Source: an uncultured Bacilli bacterium
GTDB lineage: Bacteria; Bacillota_I; Bacilli_A; RF39; UBA660
DNA length: 47,701 nucleotides
Assembly (NCBI GenBank): GCA_944363595.1
Contig: CALVUN010000006.1
Location: forward strand, 1-47,701
Reading direction: 5' to 3'
Positions 9,171-18,804 of the stretch are shown here, piece after piece. The notes under the pieces are model-generated. The model was given only the letters and a program-made list of their open reading frames with translations. It was not told the DNA's origin and made no database searches. The position numbers and the translations under genes are program-made. Position 1 is the first letter of the stretch; every line of letters begins with the position of its first letter.

Positions 9171-10520
9171 TTATTTTATACTATATGTTCTAATTTCTTC
9201 ATTTTCCAATTTATTTAATGCAATCTTTTTATCACTAAATTCCCAATCAATTTGATAATCAGGTAGCAATTTGGATTTAATAGGGTTAATTCTTAGAATT
9301 AAAATAACTGCTTCAAATTTATTTAATAATTTTAAATCTTCAACAGTAATTAGTGGTTCAATTCCTTTTTCAGTTTGTTGATTTCCACATAGTTTAGATA
9401 TATCTTCTAGTGTTTCAGTATCGTTTGCTAATAAGTAAACAATATTTCCAAACACCATTTTTAATATTTCAGTTCCCTCTGCACCATAAGTATTTCTTAA
9501 TTCTAATATACTTCTTATAAAAATACTAAACTTAATATTAAAACTTCTTGCAAGTGTAAGCATATTATCGAAATCCTTAATAGGAATTAAGTTTTCAAAA
9601 TCATCAATTAAAACATTTAATCTACGAGTTTTATCATTAGTATATGTTGCAGCATAATAACATTCTTCAATTATTAAAGGAATTAATCTTCTAGAAGTTG
9701 ATTTGTTATTACTTATAATAAATAATGCAGTTTTATCTTTTTGGATATTTATCATATCAAAGTTAGATGAAGATAACATTTTTAATAATTTTTCTCTTGA
9801 TAAAAATAATCTCATATTTTGAATAAATAATGATAGAATACCACCTTTTGTTTCGTTTGGCGCTAATATAATATTGGAAAGATTAATATATGTAGGAGAA
9901 GTCTTATCATATTTTTTTACTTCTTCTGATAATTTATCAAATTCAGATACTAGATTTAATAAACTACTAATATTTACTTCTTCCTCTTTTGCATTGTCAA
10001 ATAGATATAGTGAAAGTCCTATAAATAAAGAGGTAGCAGAATTATTCCAAAATGGATCAAAGCTTGCATTAAATGTTTCCTTGCAACAAAAATAATAACC
10101 TACATTTTCTAGTAACTCTATTGCTTTATCTTTTTGACCATTTTTATATAATTCATAAGGTAAACTTAATGGATTATAATTATTACCAAGAGTAGGATTG
10201 TCTAAATTGATTACGATAGTATTGTATTTTTGCTTTTTTAATTCTCCTGATAAAATATCATAAATTTCTCCTTTTACATCATGAACGATAAATGACTCTT
10301 GTGCTTTAATTGCAAGTCTTAATTGTGGTAGTAATATTAATTGAGTCTTACCACTACCAGTTGAGCCGATAACCATTGTATGAGCTTCATCATCTTTAAT
10401 ATAAAGATTATTTTCATCATACATCATAGGTATTCCTGATTTTTTAATTTCAGAATCATAACTGATTTGGGTTAGTTTTGATTTCAATTCTTCAACTGTT
10501 GCCCATCTTGAATATGCCAT
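9171..10520 (-). CDS. VirD4/TraG-like coupling-protein ATPase without an N-terminal membrane anchor
   Basis: HTMVIGSTGSGKT, IVHDVKGE, DPFWNNSA, degenerate Walker B LIDDFENL, ARSFNI. Confidence 0.8.
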   Translation of the reverse strand: MAYSRWATVEELKSKLTQISYDSEIKKSGIPMMYDENNLYIKDDEAHTMVIGSTGSGKTQLILLPQLRLAIKAQESFIVHDVKGEIYDILSGELKKQKYNTIVINLDNPTLGNNYNPLSLPYELYKNGQKDKAIELLENVGYYFCCKETFNASFDPFWNNSATSLFIGLSLYLFDNAKEEEVNISSLLNLVSEFDKLSEEVKKYDKTSPTYINLSNIILAPNETKGGILSLFIQNMRLFLSREKLLKMLSSSNFDMINIQKDKTALFIISNNKSTSRRLIPLIIEECYYAATYTNDKTRRLNVLIDDFENLIPIKDFDNMLTLARSFNIKFSIFIRSILELRNTYGAEGTEILKMVFGNIVYLLANDTETLEDISKLCGNQQTEKGIEPLITVEDLKLLNKFEAVILILRINPIKSKLLPDYQIDWEFSDKKIALNKLENEEIRTYSIK

Positions 10521-10630
10521 GCATATCACTTCCTTTCAATAACATTATATCATCTACAATTTATTGCACTTAAACAAAAATGGCTTTTTATAAATATTCG
10601 TGATATAATATAAATTATGTGGGTGATAAT

Positions 10631-11095
10631 ATGTTTTCAAATGATTTAGTTTGTAATATAATTGAATACATAAACAATAATATAAATAAAGAAATTACCA
10701 TTGATGAATTGAGTATACTATTTTATTTCAACAAAACATATATAATGAAAAAATTTAAAAAAGAATTAAAAATATCTATACACGAATATATAAATATAAT
10801 GAGAATATATAATAGCTTGCCATATTTTAAGGATGATAATTATATTCTAAGTATCGCATTTAAAAACGGCTTTAATTCGTTAGAATACTTTTCTGAAATA
10901 TTCAAAAAAAATATGGGTGTTAGTCCAAAGGTTTATAAAAAATATTCAAATTATAAAAACATTACTGATGAAGAACAAGAAAAAATCCTAAATAATTTAT
11001 CTAGAATTATTAACATCAAAACAAGTGTTTTAAACTATTTAAATCATAGAAAACCTGTTGTTAGTAACTATGTTAAAAAATTTGAACTTAAATAA
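10631..11095 (+). CDS. AraC-family HTH regulator (DNA-binding domain only)
   Basis: IAFKNGFNSLEYFSEIFKKNMGVSPKVY AraC signature; GGTGA RBS before ATG 10631. Confidence 0.85.
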   Translation: MFSNDLVCNIIEYINNNINKEITIDELSILFYFNKTYIMKKFKKELKISIHEYINIMRIYNSLPYFKDDNYILSIAFKNGFNSLEYFSEIFKKNMGVSPKVYKKYSNYKNITDEEQEKILNNLSRIINIKTSVLNYLNHRKPVVSNYVKKFELK

Positions 11096-11100
11096 TATTA

Positions 11101-11350
11101 TTATTCTTTGAAAATTACGTCAACATCTCTTGCTAGTTTAATTTCAACTACTTTTTCAAGATATGGAACAATATCAGTATCATAATTACAAATTGTATTT
11201 AATTGAAATATACTGAAATTATCAGAATTATTAGTATAATCATCATTTTCTTCGCCAGAGAAAAGCCTCCAACCACTATCAATTTCATTAGTATAGTTTT
11301 ATCTATACATATAACCAACTTTTTGTCCATCAATAGTAATTTGCTATACA
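11101..11350 (-). pseudogene. DUF2185/Imm33-like immunity protein remnant
   Basis: Manual translation ITIDGQKVGYMYR*NYTNEIDSGWRLFSGEENDDY...LNTICNYDTDIVPYL; internal TAA at 11299-11301; 5' end broken. Confidence 0.7.
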
Positions 11351-11769
11351 ACCATTTTTAGAAGCAGGTATAAACGATTCTAAACCTATCTGTGCAACTT
11401 TAAATAGTACAGTTTCAAGTAATGCATCATTATTTATATTTCTAGTATTAATTTCATTTATAAGATTTGATAAAAACATTTGCATGCTTTTGAAAGTTAA
11501 AGTAAAGTATGAATGATTACTATTTTTTCTAACCCAACAAAATAATTATTATTGGTATTCTTTGCGACCATTCCATTCACCATTCAATGCATATCTTTTC
11601 GTATTGCTTCATATAATTTTGTTATTGTTTCAATTGTTTTTTTTAAATTCTTCAAGTGTTTTAGGATATGCTTTTGCATTTGAATTGAAACGTCTTTCAT
11701 GATTTGTTATGTTTTATTTATATATTTGTATCAGAACACAATCAAACCAAGAACTTATCAAATAAAAGA

Positions 11770-11811
11770 AAAAAATATCTTAACTATGCTTGAACATAAT
11801 ATAGACACAAA
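11770..11811. repeat. Internal degenerate attP-like junction of element 2
   Basis: 11787-11811 matches 7623-7647 at 24/25; the preceding AAAAAATATCTTAACTA resembles the right arm AAAAAGTGTCTTAACCA; about 12 bp of core is missing. Confidence 0.75.
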
Positions 11812-11820
11812 ATAGAAAAG

Positions 11821-12027
11821 TCATCTAATAACAATAAAACCCAAATCTTCTATTTTATCAATTACTTCATTAATAACCTTATCTTTTTTAACTTCAATAA
11901 CTAATTTCTTACTTTCAAAGGAAATATCATAACTAATTATCCCCTTAACTGTGGATAAAACATTCTTAATACGATTAATACATCCATCACAATGTATACC
12001 ATCTATCAACAATTCATATCTTTTCAT
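11821..12027 (-). CDS. copZ: Heavy-metal chaperone (HMA domain)
   Basis: 68 aa with GIHCDGC motif, downstream of the Cu ATPase. Confidence 0.85.
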   Translation of the reverse strand: MKRYELLIDGIHCDGCINRIKNVLSTVKGIISYDISFESKKLVIEVKKDKVINEVIDKIEDLGFIVIR

Positions 12028-14204
12028 TATTTCACTCTCCTTAACCTTAAAGAATTTAAGACCACTGTCAAACTACTTATTGTCATAGCAATACTACCAA
12101 ACATAGGACTCATATTGATTCCAAAACTACTAAAAAATCCCATAGCAATAGGTATCATACATATATTATAAAAGAAAGCCCAAAACATATTTTGCTTAAT
12201 TATTTTATAAGATTTCTTACTAATATATATTAAATCCAAAATATTACCCATATCATTATTCATAAGAATAACTTTAGCACTGTCCATAGCAACATCAGTT
12301 CCATCATTAACACTAACCCCAATTGTGGCATTAACCAAAGATGGTGCATCATTAATACCATCCCCAACCATAATAACCTTTTTACCATCATCGACTAAAG
12401 ACTTAATAAATTGAGCTTTCTCTTTAGGAATAACATCAGCCTTAACATTAGTAATCCCAAGTTCCTTTGCTACAATTAAAGCTGTCTTTTCATTATCACC
12501 TGTTAACATAATAACATCAATATTTTGTTTTGTAAACTTATTTATTACATTCTTCATATTCTTTCTAACAATATCTTTAACACCAAATAATCCAATAATA
12601 CTACTATTTTCCGCTATAAATATAATACTACAACCACTCTCTAACAAATTTTGATAATCATCATCATTAACATTACTAATTTTCAATTTCTTAAGCATTC
12701 TATCATTACCTAAATAATATTTATTACCACTAATTTCACCATAAATTCCCATTCCATCTAAATTCTTAAAATTAATAACATTTACTTTTTTCTTAATTTC
12801 AAAAGCACTACTAATAGGATGTGTTGATATTTTTTCAATATTAGCAACTAAATTAACAAGTTCACTATCCGTATATTTACTATAATTATATATTTTAAAC
12901 AATTTTAACTTACCATAAGTTAAAGTACCCGTTTTATCAAAAACAACCGTATCAATATTTCTAGCTTTTTCAATTACCTCACCATCTCGCAAAAATAAAC
13001 CTTTCTTAGCACAAATACCATTACTAACAACGACCACTAAAGGAACAGCCAGCCCAATAGCACAAGGACAAGCTACAACTAATACCGTAACCATATGAAT
13101 TAAAGAATCATTAAAATTAGTGCCCAATAATAAATGAACAATCAAAGTCAACACTGCAAGTAACAATATAATAGGTACAAAATATCCACTTATTTTATCC
13201 GCAAGTCTTTGAATTTTATTTTTCCCATTAGTGGCATTAACTACTAATTTTACTATCTCAGAAATAGTAGAATCCCGTCCTATTTTTTTAGCCTTATATT
13301 CAATATAACCATTATAACTAATTGAACCAGCAATTACTTTACTATCAATATCTTTTAAAACTGGTTCACTTTCTCCTGTAATAAAACTTTCATCAACATA
13401 AGATTTTCCCTTTACAACAATACCATCACAAGCTACTTTATCACCTGCTCTACATACTAAAACATCATCAATTTTAACTTCATCAATACCTATTTCTTTA
13501 ATTTCATTGCCATCCTTAAGCAATGCTTTCTGTGGTGTAATTTGTACCAATTGTTTAATTGCATCTTTAGTCTTATCCTTACTTATACTCTCAATATAGC
13601 GACCCAATTTAACAAAATAAATCACCATACAAGAAGCATCAAAATATAAATTATGTAAATAACTAATATCACCTAATAAAATATTAATATAACCATATAA
13701 ACTATATAAAAAGCTAAATGTAACACTAAATGTAACTAAAGTATCCATATTAGGCATTAAATGATATAAATTTTTAATTCCACTTTTAATTATATCTAAG
13801 CCATACCAAATAAACACCATAGTAACTATCAACATAAAAGAAGATAAAACAATAGGATTTTCATGATTAATCAAATATATACTAGGTAATCCTAACATAT
13901 ATCCCATCGATACATACATCAAAAAAATAATTAAAAGACCCAATAAAACTAATTTAACAATATCTTTACTATTAGTCTCACTATCCATTACCCCTTTAAA
14001 TTCCCCTAAACTATTAAATCCAGCATCTCTAACATATTTTTCAATATCTTTGATTTTAATACCATCATACAATACTGAAGCCGTACTTAAAACTAAATTA
14101 ACATTAGCCTCTTTAATACCCTTTTGCTTATTAAGATATTTTTCTAATCCCGATGAACAAGCACTACAAGTCATACCACCAATCTTTAAAGTAATTTTTT
14201 TCAT
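12027..14204 (-). CDS. copA: Copper-type P1B ATPase
   Basis: GMTCSAC, TGES, ACPC, DKTGT, HP, GDGINDAP, YN and MxxSS motifs. Confidence 0.92.
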   Translation of the reverse strand: MKKITLKIGGMTCSACSSGLEKYLNKQKGIKEANVNLVLSTASVLYDGIKIKDIEKYVRDAGFNSLGEFKGVMDSETNSKDIVKLVLLGLLIIFLMYVSMGYMLGLPSIYLINHENPIVLSSFMLIVTMVFIWYGLDIIKSGIKNLYHLMPNMDTLVTFSVTFSFLYSLYGYINILLGDISYLHNLYFDASCMVIYFVKLGRYIESISKDKTKDAIKQLVQITPQKALLKDGNEIKEIGIDEVKIDDVLVCRAGDKVACDGIVVKGKSYVDESFITGESEPVLKDIDSKVIAGSISYNGYIEYKAKKIGRDSTISEIVKLVVNATNGKNKIQRLADKISGYFVPIILLLAVLTLIVHLLLGTNFNDSLIHMVTVLVVACPCAIGLAVPLVVVVSNGICAKKGLFLRDGEVIEKARNIDTVVFDKTGTLTYGKLKLFKIYNYSKYTDSELVNLVANIEKISTHPISSAFEIKKKVNVINFKNLDGMGIYGEISGNKYYLGNDRMLKKLKISNVNDDDYQNLLESGCSIIFIAENSSIIGLFGVKDIVRKNMKNVINKFTKQNIDVIMLTGDNEKTALIVAKELGITNVKADVIPKEKAQFIKSLVDDGKKVIMVGDGINDAPSLVNATIGVSVNDGTDVAMDSAKVILMNNDMGNILDLIYISKKSYKIIKQNMFWAFFYNICMIPIAMGFFSSFGINMSPMFGSIAMTISSLTVVLNSLRLRRVK

Positions 14205-14210
14205 AATATT

Positions 14211-16064
14211 TTACTCCCTAACACCTAAAATTCTAAAAGCATTTAAAATAGCTATAACTGAAACCCCAACATCAGCAAAAACCGCAGCCCACATACTAGT
14301 AACCCCAATTGCACTCAATATTAAAACTAAAACTTTTACCACTATTGCAAAAACAATATTTTCTCTTACAATCATCATTGTTTTTCTAGATATATTAATA
14401 GCACTTGCAACCTTAGAAGGTTCATCAGTCATAATAACTATATCAGCAGCTTCAATCGCTGCATCACTACCTAATCCTCCCATAGCAATACCTATATCAG
14501 ATAAAGCCAAAACAGGAGCATCATTAATACCATCACCAATAAAGACCAATTTACCCTTTTCACTTTTTTGTTGCATAAACTTTTGAACTAAATTAACCTT
14601 ATCCTGTGGTAACAACTCCGCATAATATTCATTCAAATCTAATTTCTTAGCAACTTCCTTACTAATACTTTCTATATCACCAGTTAACATAATTATCTTT
14701 TTAACACCATTTTCTCTAAATAATTTAACAGCTAAAAAAGCATCATCCTTAATTTTATCTGCAATAACAATATTACCAGCATATTCACCATCTATTGCCA
14801 CATAAACAACCGTACCCATATCATTACACTCTTCATATTTAATCTTATATGCTTTCATTAATTTATCATTACCAACAAGAACATCTTTTTTAAAAACAGA
14901 TGCATAAATACCCTTACCAGATACTTCTTTAGTTTTAGTAATAACTTTATTATTAATATTTTTACCATAAGCATCCTTCAAAGATAAAGCAATAGGATGA
15001 TTAGAAAATTTTTCCGCATAAGCAGCATATTTTAATAAATCATCTTTACTATATTTATTAACATTAACCTTTTGTACCTTAAACACCCCTTCAGTTAAAG
15101 TACCCGTTTTATCACAAACAACAATTTCTGTTTCCGATAAAGCCTCTAAATAATTACTACCTTTTATCAAAACTCCATTTTTAGATGATGCTCCAATTCC
15201 TCCAAAAAAACTTAAAGGAATCGATATAACCAAAGCACAAGGACAAGATACAACTAAAAAAGATAAAGCACGATATATCCACTCACTAAAAGAAGTATTT
15301 TCTATTAATAAAGGAGGAATAAATGCCAAAAACAAAGCAATAATTACTACGATTGGAGTATAATATTTAGCAAATTTACTAATAAAATTCTCCGATTTTG
15401 CTTTTCTACTACTAGCATTTTCAACTAAATCTAAAATTTTACTAACAGTAGATTCACCAAATTCCTTTTTTACCCTAATTTTCAAAGTACCATCATTGTT
15501 AATACAACCACTTAATACCTCATCTAAAACTTTTACTCTTCTTGGTAGAGATTCACCCGTTAAAGCAACCGTATTTAACATTGCCACACCATCTACAACA
15601 ACACCATCCAAAGGAATTTTTTCTCCTGGCTTAACTAAAATAATATCATCAATACCAACTTCATCAGGTGAAACTTTAACTACTTCATCACCACGATAAA
15701 CATTAGCATAATCAGGACGAATATCCATAAGTTTAGCTACCGATTTCCTTGACTTATCAACAGCATAACTCTGAAACAATTCACCAACTTGATAAAATAA
15801 CATTACTGCAACAGCTTCCGTATATTCACTGATAAAAAAAGCTCCAACAGTAGCAATACTCATCAAAAAATTCTCATCAAATACTTTACCACGAATAATA
15901 TTTCTTATAGCTTTTAACATAATGTCATATCCAACAATTATATATGCAATCACATATAAAATAATATTAATTAAATTATTATCAAAATTAATTAACAAAA
16001 GCAATAAAACTAAAAAGAAAGATATAATAATTCTAATTAACTTATTAATCATCTTCTTATCCAC
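14211..16064 (-). CDS. cadA: Cd/Zn/Pb-type P1B ATPase lacking an N-terminal metal-binding domain
   Basis: SCPC, DKTGT, GDGINDAP, TM Lys and ADVG motifs; GGAGG RBS before GTG 16064 (track opens at 16088). Confidence 0.9.
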   Translation of the reverse strand: MDKKMINKLIRIIISFFLVLLLLLINFDNNLINIILYVIAYIIVGYDIMLKAIRNIIRGKVFDENFLMSIATVGAFFISEYTEAVAVMLFYQVGELFQSYAVDKSRKSVAKLMDIRPDYANVYRGDEVVKVSPDEVGIDDIILVKPGEKIPLDGVVVDGVAMLNTVALTGESLPRRVKVLDEVLSGCINNDGTLKIRVKKEFGESTVSKILDLVENASSRKAKSENFISKFAKYYTPIVVIIALFLAFIPPLLIENTSFSEWIYRALSFLVVSCPCALVISIPLSFFGGIGASSKNGVLIKGSNYLEALSETEIVVCDKTGTLTEGVFKVQKVNVNKYSKDDLLKYAAYAEKFSNHPIALSLKDAYGKNINNKVITKTKEVSGKGIYASVFKKDVLVGNDKLMKAYKIKYEECNDMGTVVYVAIDGEYAGNIVIADKIKDDAFLAVKLFRENGVKKIIMLTGDIESISKEVAKKLDLNEYYAELLPQDKVNLVQKFMQQKSEKGKLVFIGDGINDAPVLALSDIGIAMGGLGSDAAIEAADIVIMTDEPSKVASAINISRKTMMIVRENIVFAIVVKVLVLILSAIGVTSMWAAVFADVGVSVIAILNAFRILGVRE

Positions 16065-16065
16065 A

Positions 16066-16299
16066 CTATACCTCCTCAATAGTAACATCTGGTTCTTCTT
16101 TTTTTATTACTTTTTTAATACTTTCTAAAGCTATATTCTTATTCTCTTTATCACACTCAAAAATTAGTTTTCCCGTAATAAAACTAATACTTACATTATT
16201 AATAATATCTATTTTACTTAAAGAATTTTCTAATTCAATTGCACAATTAACACAATCTAATCCCTTAATATTACATTTAATTTTCTTCACATTAAACAC
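16066..16299 (-). CDS. Stand-alone HMA-domain protein
   Basis: GLDCVNCA motif; probable start GTG 16290; resembles the detached N-domain of CadA. Confidence 0.8.
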   Translation of the reverse strand: MFNVKKIKCNIKGLDCVNCAIELENSLSKIDIINNVSISFITGKLIFECDKENKNIALESIKKVIKKEEPDVTIEEV

Positions 16300-16657
16300 C
16301 TCTTTCTTTAATATGTTCTAAACCAATTTCAAATAATTTAAAAATATGATCATCATCTAAAGTATAATAAACTTCCTTACCACTTTTACGGCATCTAACA
16401 ATACCACTTCTCCTAAGTACCGCTAGTTGATGTGAAACAGAAGATTTAGTCATATTCAAAACATTAGACAAATCACATACACACATTTCCCTCTGATCAA
16501 GAGCAAATAATATGCGACACCTAGTAGTATCACCAATCAATTTAAACAAATCAGCAAGATGATTAAAAATATTTTCATTAGGCATTTTCCCCAACACATC
16601 ATAAACAGCATCTTCATGAATAATATTACAATCACAACTAAATTCATTACGAGCCAT
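16292..16657 (-). CDS. cadC: ArsR/SmtB (CadC-like) metal-sensing repressor
   Basis: EMCVCDL, SVSHQLAVLR, YYTLDDDHI...LEHI; first gene of the metal operon. Confidence 0.85.
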   Translation of the reverse strand: MARNEFSCDCNIIHEDAVYDVLGKMPNENIFNHLADLFKLIGDTTRCRILFALDQREMCVCDLSNVLNMTKSSVSHQLAVLRRSGIVRCRKSGKEVYYTLDDDHIFKLFEIGLEHIKERGV

Positions 16658-16684
16658 ATAAACACCTCCTTAAATATCTAAAAC

Positions 16685-16740
16685 AATTGAACAACTACTC
16701 AACTATAAACATTATAATTGAAAAAGCATTCAATTGTCAA
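16685..16740 (-). promoter_or_regulatory. Metal-operon promoter with two ArsR/SmtB operator boxes
   Basis: TTGACA (16735-40)-N18-TATAAT (16711-16); perfect AATTGAA-N6-TTCAATT at 16716-16735 and an imperfect copy at 16685-16704. Confidence 0.8.
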
Positions 16741-16939
16741 TACCTATTTTAACTTTTATAATAAATATAATTGTAAATTATTACATCAGTTATTATATAC
16801 AAAGTTATTTACATTTTATAAAATAAACAATCATATAAATCAACAACTTATGTAAGTTTTAATTATTATAGTTTCAATAATTTTTACTACATTTTTTTAT
16901 TTTATTGTAATATATTTTAATAAAGAAAAGAGGTAACTT

Positions 16940-17068
16940 ATGCAATACAATATAGTTAATATTATAGATAAAAGCATATCTGAAAAACAATTAAAAAAAA
17001 TAATTAACCAAAAATTATACAAAATTATTACATTATTAGAATTTAATAATAATACACAAAATTATTAA
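16940..17068 (+). CDS. 42-aa small ORF upstream of recombinase 2 (candidate RDF)
   Basis: AAGAGGT RBS; MQYNIVNIIDKSISEKQLKKIINQKLYKIITLLEFNNNTQNY*; ends 17 bp before the recombinase ATG. Confidence 0.6.
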   Translation: MQYNIVNIIDKSISEKQLKKIINQKLYKIITLLEFNNNTQNY

Positions 17069-17085
17069 TTATAGTGAGGTAATAT

Positions 17086-18684
17086 ATGAATAATAATGAA
17101 AAAAAATTAAAAGTAGGTATTTATTTAAGATTATCTAATGAAGATAAAGATAAAAACAATAAAAAAGATGATAGTGAATCTATCAAAAACCAAAGAAATA
17201 TGCTTATTCAATATATAAATAAATACCCTAATTTTATTTTAATAGATGAATATTGTGATGAAGATTTATCAGGCGCAGGAACATATCGACCTGAATTTGA
17301 AAGGTTAATAAAAGATTGTGAAAAACATAAACTAGACATTGTTTTATGTAAAAGTCAATCTAGATTTTCAAGAGATATGGAAATAGTAGAAAAATATATA
17401 AATAATAAATTTAAAGAATGGAATATAAGATTTATAAGTTTATCTGACAATGCTGACACTGAAATATTAGGAAATAAAAAATCAAGACAAATAAATGGAC
17501 TTGTCAATGAATGGTATTTAGAAGACGTTTCAAATAATATAAGAAGTGCTTTTAATTCCAAAATGAAACAAGGAGAATTAATATCACCATTTGCCCCCTT
17601 TGGTTATGAAATATCCCCAAATAATAATAATAAATTAATAGTAGATCCCATTGCCAAAGAAATTGTTAAAAAAATATATAATTTATATTTAACAGGTTTA
17701 GGATATACATCCATTGCCAAATATTTAAATAAATATCAAATCCCTTGCCCTTCTCTTTATAAATACCAAAAGGGCATTAAATTAAATATAAATAGTAATA
17801 AACCACGCGAAAAAATAAAATGGAATACTAACGCAATTAAAACAATTTTAACAAATGAAGTATATATAGGTAATTTAATCCAAGGAAAAAGAACCACTGT
17901 TAGTTATAAAAACCATAAAATTAAAATTAAAGATAAAAAAGATTGGATAAAAATTAAAAACACCCATGAAGCAATTATTGATGAAGAAACATTTAATAAA
18001 GTACAATTTACAATAAAACAAAGAACTAAGCCTAATAAAAAAACAGGTATAGTTCATTTTTTCTCTGGAAAAGCATATTGTCTAGAATGCAATCATTATA
18101 TGCGAAAAAAGAATTCTTCTAAACATGAATATTTAGTATGTTCTAATAATCGTGATGGATATAACGATTGTTTAAATAAAACTTCCATTAGATATGATGT
18201 ATTAGCAAATCTAGTATTAGGGGCAATAAATAATAAAATTGAAAAATTTTATGACGAAGAAGAATTAGAAAATTTAGATTCAAAAAAACTTGATAACAGA
18301 TTCAAGAAAAAAATTAAATCTTTAGTGGCTCTTAGAACTGATATTGAAAATAAAATATCTAAAACTAAAAATTATTTAAAAAATATTTATGAAGATAAAG
18401 TAAATGGTATTATTACACTAAAACAATTTAAAGATTTAATTACCAATTATAATAAAGACGAAGATAATTATAAAGATCAAATTAAATTAATAAATAATGA
18501 AATATCCCATTATAGAATGAAAGAAGAATCTGGGAAAAAAAATAAAGAAATATTCAAAAAATACCAAAAATTAGAAGAATTAAATAGAGTTGTTGTTGAT
18601 GAATTTATTGATAAAATTTATATTGGTAAATTAAACGAAGAAACAAATACTAGAGATATTCAAATTAAATGGAATTTTGAATAA
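17086..18684 (+). CDS. Large serine recombinase (element 2)
   Basis: YLRLS, DEDLSGAGTYRP, KSQSRFSR, CLEC...C...C zinc ribbon, coiled coil; intact 532 aa. Confidence 0.95.
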   Translation: MNNNEKKLKVGIYLRLSNEDKDKNNKKDDSESIKNQRNMLIQYINKYPNFILIDEYCDEDLSGAGTYRPEFERLIKDCEKHKLDIVLCKSQSRFSRDMEIVEKYINNKFKEWNIRFISLSDNADTEILGNKKSRQINGLVNEWYLEDVSNNIRSAFNSKMKQGELISPFAPFGYEISPNNNNKLIVDPIAKEIVKKIYNLYLTGLGYTSIAKYLNKYQIPCPSLYKYQKGIKLNINSNKPREKIKWNTNAIKTILTNEVYIGNLIQGKRTTVSYKNHKIKIKDKKDWIKIKNTHEAIIDEETFNKVQFTIKQRTKPNKKTGIVHFFSGKAYCLECNHYMRKKNSSKHEYLVCSNNRDGYNDCLNKTSIRYDVLANLVLGAINNKIEKFYDEEELENLDSKKLDNRFKKKIKSLVALRTDIENKISKTKNYLKNIYEDKVNGIITLKQFKDLITNYNKDEDNYKDQIKLINNEISHYRMKEESGKKNKEIFKKYQKLEELNRVVVDEFIDKIYIGKLNEETNTRDIQIKWNFE

Positions 18685-18804
18685 ATTTCAAAAGAAAAAA
18701 AGAAATTGAAATTTTTTGCAGAATAATATAAGTGAGAAGTTATATACATCTATAACCTTTTGCTTAATACATATTAAAAATAAACAGTAAAGGACGGTGA
18801 AAAA

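Noticed and set aside
14050-14586. Antisense or overlapping ORFs in the track (e.g. 14050+, 29429+, 22637+, 3399-, 30480-, 42383-)
   Set aside because: Shadows of well-supported genes, with no RBS or recognisable motifs.
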